From Dudresnaya verticillata (taxonomy: Eukaryota): 64,000 nt of DNA. The notes below the pieces were generated by a model. That model searched no databases. It was not told where the DNA came from and saw only the letters and a program-made list of their open reading frames with translations. Made by a program: the position numbers and the translations under genes. This document shows positions 24,534 to 34,352 of the stretch, in pieces (positions within the stretch are counted from its first letter, which is position 1; the number at the start of each line of letters is the position of its first letter). The stretch is taken from assembly GCA_977862235.1 (NCBI GenBank), contig OZ374562.1:2294001-2358000 (forward strand), given 5' to 3'.

Positions 24534-27500
24534 TTGCCCAAATCTACTGTCGTGGGCCTCGCTACTGCTGCCCCCTCTGCTATTTTTACCGTTGACGGTA
24601 TACCTCCATTTAAGGAGGGGGGAGGAATTATTCAATCATTTAATTCTAACCCTACCTCCGAAAAGGCCAGCAGCATCTCCCCTCACGACAAGGAAGTAAG
24701 CAAACCCGTAACGGAAAATACAAATACTACCGACTGGAAGGATCAAGTCCAGATCGGCACAGAAGAAGCATCGCTCCGCAAACGGATTTTAACCCTACTC
24801 GAGGAATATAAGTCGATGTGGAGTGGCGATCTGGGCAACATTACAGCTGCCAAGCACCGCATCGAGTTAACTCCCGGAGCTAAGCCAGTATACCAAGCCC
24901 CATACCGTGCCGGACATAAGCAGCGAGATCTCGAAAAGGCAGAGATCGATCGCATGCTTTCCGCTAAGGTAATTGAACCAGCCTCATCGGAGTGGGCCAG
25001 CCCCGTGGTTTTCGTTCCAAAAAAGGACGGCACCATGCGGTTCTGTGTTGACTATAGAAGGCTCAATTCCGTAACGGTTAGGGACTCATATCCCTTGCCC
25101 AGGATGGATGAGTGCATAGATTCCCTTGGGGAAGCTACTGTATTTACCACCCTGGATTGCAATAGCGGATATTGGCAAGTCGAGATTCCGGAAGAGGAAA
25201 GGGACAAAAATACCTTCACTAGCCATTTTGGCTTATACCGTTTTCGGAGAATGCCATTCGGATTGAAAAATACACCGGCAACCTTCCAACGGGCAGTTGA
25301 TATAATCCTTTCTACGGTTAAATGGCAATTTGCCCTCGTCTACCTAGACGATGTAATTGTCTACTCAAAAACCGTTACGGAACATTTCCACCACCTGAAG
25401 GAAGTCCTTACGCTTTTACGATCCGCTGGAGTAACGTTGAAATTGTCAAAGTGTGACTTCTTTAACGCGTCTGTACAATACCTGGGGCATGTTATCCGTC
25501 CCGGAAAATTAGAAGTGGATAATCGAAATATCCAATCCGTTAAGGTCGCGAAGCCGCCGACTAACCAAACGGAATTGCGATCCTTCTTGGGAATATGCAA
25601 CGTGTATCGTCGCTTTGTACCCAACTTCACTCGGATTTCAGCTCCGCTAAATAACAAAACCGGCAAGGGCTCACCCTTTGAGTTTGGAATATTATCCGAT
25701 ACGGAATATGAAGCCTTCGAAGAACTGAAGAGACGCCATATCTCTCCACCTATATTAGATCTACCCCGTCACGGATATAAATATACGTTGGACACGGACG
25801 CATGTGACCACCAAGTCGGCTGTGTCCTTCTGCAGGAACAACCGAATGGCGATCAACTCCCTATTGGATATTGGAGCCGAAGCCTCACCGATGCGGAGAA
25901 AAATTATACGACAACCGAAAAGGAATGCTTAGCCGTGGTCTGGAGCATTTCAACACTCCGACCCTACCTTTACGGTGACAAGTTTATTCTCCGAACGGAT
26001 CACGATGCCCTGCGGTGGATCCTGAACCTCGCAGACTCATCTGGCCGCCTTGCCAGGTGGAGGCTCCGCCTATCGGAATTTGAATTTGAGGTGCAATACC
26101 GTCCTGGAATTAAGCATCAACTCGCCGATGGGATGTCGCGACTCCGAACGGATGGCGGTGACGATAGACCTTTGGATGAAGAGATACCCTGCTTTATCGC
26201 CGAAAATACCGTCGACGGATTATATGAGCATGGAGTTTCTTTAACCGATTGGGCTACATCACAAGAAACCGCTACAGAAAATAACGTAATATGCGCCGTG
26301 GAGCCCGCCAGTGGGAGCGCATCCGCCTCCCCTGATAAGCCCGACGCAATACCGTCACGGTTTACTGTAATCCAAGAATCCGACGTTAAGGATGAGACAA
26401 TTACCAGGGAGGAGTTCCTCGAAGCGCAAGCCAGAGACCCTTTCTGCCGTCTCAAAGCCGATACGGTAGGCTCCCCTGGATCACAGTTTGACTATGACCG
26501 TAACGGATTCTTGGTACGCAAGTCCCAATTGGATGGCGCTCTACAGAAGGTGGTGCCAAGCGAACTCCGTGGACGGGTATTGTATTTATCCCACTACACC
26601 CTGATGTCGGGTCACCCAGGCGGCATTAAGATGTATTATACACTCCGACAGGATTATTATTGGCCTCATATGGCCAACGACGTATTTGAATCCGTTCGGA
26701 CATGTCGCTCCTGCGTGAAGACAAAGGGAACCCGCTTTCGGAATCAAAGGTTTATGAAACTTTTCCCCGCTAGCGGACCTTTGGAGTTTGTCGCTATCGA
26801 CATTCTCGGGCCACTTCCGAAGACAAAACGGGGTTATGTCTACGTCTTGGTAATTACCGATCGGTTCTCTAAGCTGACGCGCTGTATTCCGTTACGGACA
26901 ACAACAGCCGTTGTGGTGGCTAATGCCTTTCTGGACTTTTGGGTGTACGCCTACGGCGCACCCCAATTTGTCCTAACCGATAACGGACCGCAGTTTACTG
27001 CTAAGTTCTTCGACGCGGTGTGTTCCTTACTCGGATTCAGGCACCTGCTCACAGCTGCCTATCATCCGCAGACAAATGGGCAAGCCGAGCGATTTAATAA
27101 GACAATCGCCCAACGGTTGCGCCATTACGTCGAGGATCATCACTCCGATTGGGATTTGCACCTGCAGCCGTTGACATATGCGTACAAAATGCAGGTACAC
27201 CGTATCACGGAAACAACGCCATTCAATTTGGTGCTGACACGCCACCCATCGGATATTGTTGTACGAGGGGCTCCTGTCGAGCATCAAGAAACCGTTACGG
27301 AAGGGCGTATGACCCCGGTGCTACAGAAGCGGAGCACCATGCGCCGTTTACGGTACGCGCTCCAGACAGCGCGCACAAAGCCGACAGTGGCTCAGCAAAA
27401 AGCCAAGGCACTGTTTGACCGTAAGGTGCGCTTTAGGCCCATAATCCGAAGCGGAGATCAAGTCTATGTCGACCGGCCGCCCCATAACTTGCGGCCGGCC

Positions 27501-28061
27501 GAACGCCGTGAGCGGGACCGATTGGAAGGCAAACCGGACGATGTGGGCGAAGTGGCTCAGGAAATGAAGAAACTCCTTCCGAGAGCCACGGGGCTTTATG
27601 AAGTGGAATCCGCAACGGAACATGTCGTGACAATCCACAAGGAAGGGGTATTGATCCCCGTGAGTATCGATCGCATCACGAAGGTTCCGATCGGAGTTGC
27701 GGTTCAGCCGGCACCCTTAACAGTGCCGCCTGTCACGCCATCAACCGTCTACGGAGAAGTAGTGCCACATCCAGAAGGTACTACAGTAGTACCTCCTTCT
27801 GAAGGTACTACTCCCTCCGCGACGGAACCACTGCAAGCCGATACGGAATATGTGATCGACAAGATTGTCGGTCACCGCGACGAACCTACTGGGATGACAT
27901 ACAAAGTCCGCTGGTATGGTTACCCTCCGGATCAGGACACTTTTGAGCCCGCGGAGGAGTTACCGCAGAACTTCATCTACCGATATTGGAAGCAAAAGAA
28001 AAATACATCCGCTAAGGGTAAGCCACGGCGACGTGCTAATCCAGCAAGTCACTCACCGTAA
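24534..28061 (+). CDS. Gypsy pol: RT-RNase H-integrase-chromodomain (1175-codon open frame)
   Basis: FCVDYRRLN, YLDDVIV, TDACDHQVG, TEKECLAVVW, H-x4-GHPG...CRSC, TDNGPQF, HPQTNGQAER, EYVIDKIVGHR...YKVRWYGY...DTFEP. Confidence 0.96.
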   Translation: MPKSTVVGLATAAPSAIFTVDGIPPFKEGGGIIQSFNSNPTSEKASSISPHDKEVSKPVTENTNTTDWKDQVQIGTEEASLRKRILTLLEEYKSMWSGDLGNITAAKHRIELTPGAKPVYQAPYRAGHKQRDLEKAEIDRMLSAKVIEPASSEWASPVVFVPKKDGTMRFCVDYRRLNSVTVRDSYPLPRMDECIDSLGEATVFTTLDCNSGYWQVEIPEEERDKNTFTSHFGLYRFRRMPFGLKNTPATFQRAVDIILSTVKWQFALVYLDDVIVYSKTVTEHFHHLKEVLTLLRSAGVTLKLSKCDFFNASVQYLGHVIRPGKLEVDNRNIQSVKVAKPPTNQTELRSFLGICNVYRRFVPNFTRISAPLNNKTGKGSPFEFGILSDTEYEAFEELKRRHISPPILDLPRHGYKYTLDTDACDHQVGCVLLQEQPNGDQLPIGYWSRSLTDAEKNYTTTEKECLAVVWSISTLRPYLYGDKFILRTDHDALRWILNLADSSGRLARWRLRLSEFEFEVQYRPGIKHQLADGMSRLRTDGGDDRPLDEEIPCFIAENTVDGLYEHGVSLTDWATSQETATENNVICAVEPASGSASASPDKPDAIPSRFTVIQESDVKDETITREEFLEAQARDPFCRLKADTVGSPGSQFDYDRNGFLVRKSQLDGALQKVVPSELRGRVLYLSHYTLMSGHPGGIKMYYTLRQDYYWPHMANDVFESVRTCRSCVKTKGTRFRNQRFMKLFPASGPLEFVAIDILGPLPKTKRGYVYVLVITDRFSKLTRCIPLRTTTAVVVANAFLDFWVYAYGAPQFVLTDNGPQFTAKFFDAVCSLLGFRHLLTAAYHPQTNGQAERFNKTIAQRLRHYVEDHHSDWDLHLQPLTYAYKMQVHRITETTPFNLVLTRHPSDIVVRGAPVEHQETVTEGRMTPVLQKRSTMRRLRYALQTARTKPTVAQQKAKALFDRKVRFRPIIRSGDQVYVDRPPHNLRPAERRERDRLEGKPDDVGEVAQEMKKLLPRATGLYEVESATEHVVTIHKEGVLIPVSIDRITKVPIGVAVQPAPLTVPPVTPSTVYGEVVPHPEGTTVVPPSEGTTPSATEPLQADTEYVIDKIVGHRDEPTGMTYKVRWYGYPPDQDTFEPAEELPQNFIYRYWKQKKNTSAKGKPRRRANPASHSP

Positions 28062-28356
28062 CGGACAGTTGGAATGCTGGGGTGTGAGAACACACAACGT
28101 TTATCGCAAGCTAAGATCGAGGCATAATGGAAACCGTTAAGGAGATCGTCGAGCTGTAACTCTAAGAGTTACGTCGACCCCGTTTCGGAGCAGGGGCAAC
28201 TGTATCTTCCTTGTTGCTCCCCTGACCCGTTCGTAGGCCGGGTTCCCCACTCGGATCCGATTGGAATACGCGCTGCGTAGTGTCTCCCAAGACGCGAACC
28301 GCACTGTCCATGCGCCGACGCTGACGACGGACCACCGCGCGGAGATGAATTACCTG

Positions 28357-30843
28357 TTACATCAGCCCCTCCGTTAAGGTTAACACTTCCTGAACGGATC
28401 CTGGTAATGGGAAGCGCTGCGTACGGCAAATGCCCCGTAGCACCTGTAACCCACTTTCCGTAGCGGCTAAATGAGCCGGAACCGTAACGGGGGGATCCTC
28501 ATCTTCTTGTAACTCTACCTTCGGGGAGATCGACGGCTGATCCCTAACCCCGGCTTCAAGTGAATGCTCCGTTGAGGAAACTACCGATACGGACGGTCCC
28601 GACTCGGGTGAAGGTACGTCCTTCCGCAGCGGTGGATCTGTGTCCTTCTCTGGCGAGGCAGTATCGCTTTTCCGTAACGGTTCAGGACTTGGCGCAAGAA
28701 CCGAGGGCTTGTCGCCAGTTGCCCCAACACTTGGGCGCCTTGCAGCCACTTCCGATACGGTGATCGACGCCGCATTCCCCGCTGGTGTGGGAGTGGGCGG
28801 CAAAAGCGGAGCACTTGGTGGGGGCGGTTCCGCGGCGGCAGGCATTTGCGTCGCAGGAGACAGTGTCGCCCGCACAGTATCCGGCGCCACTTCCGAAACG
28901 GTCTGCCCCTTTGAGGCCCCCTTCTCGGATGGTGCCGCAGACTTGGGCACCGCCATAGTCGGCGCAGCCACGCCCATGGGCGTTGGGGCCTTATCCGATA
29001 CGGGAGTAGTAGTCTCACGATCCACATCGCGCGACGTGGGTGTCGCGACCACCGGAAAAATTGGAGCGGGCGTCTTCTCGCTACCCGCTACCATCGAGGC
29101 GACGGGCGTGACCTCCTCCTGTTCTTCCAAGAAGGGGTCAGCTTCTTGCTGCCTCACCGTAACGGAATCGCGTGGGTCGATTGTACGCGGACGCCCCGCT
29201 GTCCCATGACAGCTTCCCCAATCTTCAGCCCCATCCAAACCGTCACGGTACGCATCCCTTGGTGCTTGGCGAGAGGCATAGTCCCGATGGGCCTGCACCT
29301 CTAAGGCCAACCATTCCGGACGCGGATCTTCTCGATGAAGGAAATATGGCTCACCCACCCCGGGCCTAAGCGGAGGCACCGATAGGACACGGTCCTCGTC
29401 CCAATTATACCCCAAGAATCCCGGAGTGCGTTGCCAATCTTGCTCTCCGTGTACGGATAAAAGACGCTCAACCCGATGGAGAGGGTATGCCGACCCCGTC
29501 ACCAAATCGGCTACGCCGACTTCGCGAATTAGGGCGATCACCGTTACGGGAAGTTGAAAAATACGGCCACAGTCTCCTCCAGGCAGGTCATCCTCATCCC
29601 GTGGGAAACATCGCCAGTCCGCTAACTTGGTGTTATACCGTACTCCGTAATAGGCCACCTGGAGCCACGAGAAGAGCACCAGCATGGCCCATTCCGATCG
29701 GAAGATTCGCCACAGTACATCGAGCTGATCTTGGTTCGGGGGACGTTCTCCGTTCGGATGCTTGTCGTTCCACTCCCGTTCGGTGAGTAAGTCCGCCGAG
29801 AAGTACGCTACGACGGACGGCGTGGGGACAGACAACCAACGGGTCACCTCATAACGCGCCCACCATGACGGAGCTGTAAGGTACAATTCACGACGCACCC
29901 GATACGGAAGATGGAAGAACTCCTTAGTGTTCCAATTATGCAGGATTGGCGAGCCAACTTGTATTCCGTCACGGGAAAGAGTTCGCAAACGGTGTTCCGT
30001 CGCGGCATCGTCCTTCCACCCATCGGCATAGCGGAACCAATATACCGATTGGTCATAGGGGCGGTCGAAGCAAATGAATTGCACTCCGACCGGCGCACCC
30101 CGAAGACGGAAACCTGTGGCCAACAGGTGACTCACCTAGGCGGTATATCCTACCTCCCCATGGCAGCGATACCACAACAAATCCGAAACGGTAGAGGTTC
30201 TCGCTTGACAATAGCCATGCACCCATCGGCTTTGCCACACAAACTCTCTCCGATTCGGAACAACGCCAATGCGTTGATTCGCCTTGAAGGGTTGCGCCAT
30301 GACGGCCTTGTACCTTCTCGCTTCCAAGACGGTTGGATACTTCTCAATGAAGAGGTCCACCGTCATCGGGGGCCTAATCTTAGCCCTTTCCGCATCGGTT
30401 CTAGCCGGGCGCCCCGCGCGATGGTCAAAGTGGTGTCCCGGCCAATAACCACTCGGGGCAGGGCCCTCTCCGTCACGGGTATGCACTAACGGCCACCAAG
30501 GCCCCGGTGCAGGTGGGTTGCTTTGCGGGGGGCCACGCATCCGTCTCGGTGTACTTGAGGAGGGATGAGGACTGGAAACCATCCTACGACTCGGCGTCGA
30601 TACCGGTGTCGATGGTGTCCGTAACGGAATGGCCGGTAGGTTTGCCAAGTTGAGCTCCTCGCCAGCACGACGGAACGCATCATCGCGCTCCTTGGTTGGC
30701 GCCTCTCCGTCACGGTGAGTCTCTGCACTCCCTGGTAGCAAGGGCCTTGTGGCAGCGCTCGCAGCAAACCGATTCGGATCATAGACAGACCACCCTCGGC
30801 TCGCTGATGGAGCCGGTGAAGGTTCCGTCACGGCAATGCTCAT
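28357..30843 (-). pseudogene. Extra antisense ORF of unknown function (~828 codons, one in-frame TAG at 30136-30138)
   Basis: ORFs 30136-31407 and 28357-30135 are contiguous and in frame; plausible ATG at 30843; Trp/Tyr-rich globular middle followed by a P/S/T/A-rich tail; lies between pol and the polypurine tract. Confidence 0.8.
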
Positions 30844-31150
30844 ACGACCGCCCGTCGCGGGTCGCGTCGCTGCCGCTGAGGTAGAAGCCGGCGCTTGCGT
30901 CGAAGCATCCGTAACGGTTCGCGCGCCCTGCGCCCGCGTAGTGGAAGCGGCGCGGGAACGCCGTGTCGGTTGAAAAGGCGACGGTGAGCGCTTGATCTTC
31001 TCCCCTGACGTGGTGGGAGAAGCGCGCAAAAAGGGGAAGGGGTTGATGAGAACACTTCCGTATCGGGCGTGGCTGTGTGTGGGAGTGGAAGAAAAGGTAA
31101 TCCGTGACGATGGGCGCCCGAGGACGTGGCGCCATTTAAGGAGGGGGGCC

Positions 31151-31833
31151 TGTGGTGAAGTGAGCCGTGGCGCGCATGCGGCCCACCGACGGCGAGCCAA
31201 CCGTATCGGGTGATGTGGCAATACGCCACGCTGATGATCTGGCAACGTGTAACCGTGTCGGATGTTGTGCACATGTGCGCATTGCTGTACGCCGGTACGC
31301 ATTGCTGTACAGCAGTGAGGCGCACCAACCATACCGGAGTATTTGTAGTGTTTATTCTTTATTTTTAGTGAGTATCTGTACAGTATGTAGAGTAGTGCGC
31401 CAGCCAATGAGAATGCTGCGCATGTCCGTGTCGGAGATTGGGACCAGCAGGGCCGATTCCACCATAGGACCAGACCACTAGGGTCTGGCCCCCACGGACC
31501 GGACCGCTCGGTGCCACTCTGACTTGTATATCAGGGCGGCACCGCAGCGGCTCCTAAGGTAAACGGGTAAGCAACCTTAGCCCAATCCTTTACGGTTTTC
31601 CCCGCGCCGAGCCCGTTGCGGTCTACCACCACCACCGTTACGGAGTCCGTCCCGGCTCTTGTACCACCCCCTTGTCTGTTGCTTCCCAATATCCGTCTCG
31701 GTTAGCCGCTAGCTGTTCTCCCGTTACGGTGCGAACTGCTCTACCACCCCGTGGAAGTAGTGTTGCTCTCGTCCGTTAAGGAAAGTCAGGCCAGCTGTCC
31801 GTCTCGGAGTTCGTGGGTTTTCACTACACCACA
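31151..31833 (+). repeat. 3' LTR of the inner Gypsy element
   Basis: Direct repeat of 20449-21123. Confidence 0.97.
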
Positions 31834-32118
31834 AGGTTCTCAAAGAAGGGGCGTCAATCCGCGACTAGGATGTGCTCGTTGAACTTAACAAACCACCACG
31901 GCGGTAGGGGTGCTTGCACTAGATTTGACGTGACTCCAGCGCTTGATATGAAGCTTAGGGACCGTTGTCACCCGGATGACTAGGGTTTTAACGTCAGGTA
32001 GTCGAACATTGAGATCTTGCAGGGACAAAACTCGATCCTTGAAAATTCCAAAGCGATGGACTGACGTTGAGGTAATAAAGGGAACCGACCCAGAACCGAT
32101 TCTAGGTCCGGAAACCAC

Positions 32119-32811
32119 TGTAGTTGTATGGTGCGAGTAGCCAGTAGCCCGCTAAACGGAAAGGACAGCTGTCCCGTGCACGCACAACCCTAACGAGGGT
32201 AGCTCAATGGGGAGTTGGTAGAGACTTTGAGGGAAAAGGGGAAAAAGGCTAGCGTGCCTGAAAGAAAGGGAAAAGGGGCGGCGCCACCCTAACACTCGTA
32301 GAGTACAAAGCCGTACGAGGCTAAAGCTTGTAAAGCACCTGGAAGGGGGAGCACGGTGAGCCCGTGTAGACCAAAGAAAGGGGTACAGACCCGAAACCCA
32401 CCGTAGGGTTCTATTCAGCAGACCCCTGCTACTCAGGGGCGCAACAAATATGGCGAAGGCCGAAAGCGCCTTCGTCGCTATTCCTATTCTAAGCTATTGA
32501 AGTTAGCGTTAATAATTACAATGAGGTAGTAGTGAGCGGTCGTACTCCGCCCTGCGCACGTAAGGTGCTTATAACTCGGGCGCGCTCCGGGCGTAAGGCC
32601 ATGGTAAATCAGCCAATCACGGCTAGCCATCTCATTGGCGTCGTGCTGTTCCCAGCAATGCCATACAGAGTGGCCAGCAATGCATTGGGCCTTACAGCGC
32701 ACCAGCACGTGCAGCGCCTTACAGGCGCATGCCACGCGCAATATTACCCGCGCATTACAGGCGCAAAACACGTGTACGTGCTTACAGCCGCTGGCGGCTC
32801 ATTGTACCACA
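32119..32811 (-). repeat. 5' LTR of the outer Gypsy element
   Basis: Direct repeat of 5666-6356; followed on the minus strand by G-TGGTTTCCGGACCTAGAATC (PBS-like). Confidence 0.95.
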
Positions 32812-33147
32812 ATACTGCAGAAGATTCAGGTCAAGATTGCGAGCGTGTAGCTCCGCGGCGATGTTTCTGGCCCATCATCAATCACGGTGCACCGAGCTCT
32901 TCGAAAATATTCAAAAAACAGGACGCTTGAATATCTTTGAGGGGATGCGCTTCGGGAGAATTTGCCCATCACGGCGCCGTGGTCGCAAGTCTGCGACTGT
33001 GCGCCGTGGCCTTTTTTGCCACCGGAAGAGCATCCTATCTGCCAATCATGTGCGTGCTCGAGCGTAGAAAGCGCGTGCTTCCGATTCCCGCAAATAACTC
33101 TGCGCCAAGCGTCGCTCCCTGCTGGCCCGTTAAGGCGACGCTCGTTG

Positions 33148-33624
33148 TGTCGTCCGTAGCCGGTCGACACGCGCGCGCGGCGTGAGAATGGTGTACAATC
33201 ACCGTTCTGCGGGCACGGCGCGCAGGGTCGCGGAACGCGGAGAAAGGGCGCGAGCGGGGCGAAGCGGGGCGCGAGCGGGGCGCGAGCGGAGCGAGGCGGG
33301 GCGCGAGCGGAGCGAGGCGGGGCGCGAGCGGAGCGAGCGGGTCAGAGAGGTGGGCGAGGTTAATCGAAGCAAGGGAAGAGGGCTACGGCAGACCACCGCG
33401 GCTGACGCAACGGACGTTCTCGTCAACGCTGCTTACTCTTCTACTTCGATCGTGCTCTCGAGGAGCGGGGGTGGTCTGCAGTGGTCAGCGGGGCTTGAAG
33501 TAGCCCAGCCAGTTGCAGTCGGGCGCGCGCGTTGCGCGCGGACGGCGCGTTGATCGCCGACGGCGGGAGCACTGTAAGGTATCTTACAGTGCAACTCTGC
33601 GACACAGATGGGTGCAAATCGACA
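33148..33624 (-). repeat. 3' LTR containing internal GCGAGCGG-type tandem repeats
   Basis: Matches 39789-40221; has one more 20-bp repeat unit than the other LTR. Confidence 0.88.
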
Positions 33625-34352
33625 CTCCCCCCTGTCGCAGAACGGTCGTCGGCGATGCGCGCATAGCTAATTTGCATTAGACATAGGCGGGAAGAATAGT
33701 CGGGCGCAGGGCGGCAATTTCCGGGCCAAAAATCTGGCACCGAAATCGTCCGATAGAAATTGCACACTATGATAATCATGAGGCGGGCAGATAAATCGGG
33801 CCCAGGGCGGCAATTTCGGGGCGGGAAATCGTGCGCCAAATGGTCGGGTAGAAAATATCACCTGTGATAATCATCAGGCGGGATATAAGAGGCCACTGGG
33901 TGTGCCTTCCTTCCCCTGCCCTGCCCTGCTCACGAACCAACCTGACCGCGCAGCACCCTATGGCGTCCTGGTTCGCTTGTGGACTCGTCTTCACTCAAAT
34001 GGTAGCTTGCTACCACTCCTTCTTGCCGATTGACCCATGCGGCGGGCTACAAGACACATTTGTTGTGCCGGTCCGCAGCTTCGCGCTCAACCTTGCGGGG
34101 GAACCCCAATGGGAGAGGTCCAATTCTCTACGCCATCCAAACGTCGTATGGGTCGGGGCCCAAAAGGCTTCGTGCCGGGTCCCAGTTGCAAGTTGGGGGG
34201 GCTTCAACCATCTTGGATGCTTGGGGTGTTTGCAACGTCTTCTTCTTGTTCGTGGGTATGCGAAACAATGCGAGACTTGCGAAAATGCCTCAGAATACTG
34301 ACAGTTTCTTTCTTCTTTGCGCGAACGGTAATGCGGTCATCGTGCGTCTCTG

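Larger units (their letters stand above)
20499..31729. repeat. Dispersed 9-bp near-palindromic motif CCGTWACGG (about 25 exact copies) plus CCG-N3-CGG variants
   Basis: Counted by eye, approximate starts: 20499, 20925, 21011, 21214, 21300, 21752, 21917, 23327, 23817, 24200, 24706, 25069, 25372, 26498, 26889, 27292, 28056, 28482, 28672, 29157, 29541, 30619, 30909, 31635, 31721. Confidence 0.9.
20449..31833 (+). mobile_element. Inner full-length chromodomain-bearing Ty3/Gypsy LTR retrotransposon (11.4 kb) with an extra antisense ORF
   Basis: LTRs 20449-21123 and 31151-31833 (about 7 substitutions plus one 8-bp indel); TSD AGGTT (20444-20448 and 31834-31838); PBS-like TGGTCTCCCGACC at ~21129; polypurine tract AAGGAGGGGGG just before 31151. 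Confidence 0.97.
5666..32811 (-). mobile_element. Outer chromodomain-bearing Ty3/Gypsy LTR retrotransposon, expanded to 27 kb by nested insertions
   Basis: Direct LTRs 5666-6356 and 32119-32811 (about 97% identical by eye); TSD ATACT (5661-5665 and 32812-32816); polypurine tract next to the left LTR; PBS-like TGG next to the right LTR; gag-PR-RT-RH-INT-chromo on the minus strand. Confidence 0.95.

Noticed and set aside
28357..30135. Antisense ORF as an env gene
   Set aside because: It is on the opposite strand to gag-pol and lacks a signal peptide or clear C-terminal transmembrane anchor.
30844..31407. 5' part of the 423-aa ORF 30136-31407
   Set aside because: Extends into the LTR, and the frame depends on an 8-bp indel absent from the 5' LTR; probably non-coding.
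33240..33345. GC-rich short repeats as a possible CRISPR-like array
   Set aside because: Contiguous tandem units with no unique spacers, inside a eukaryotic LTR.
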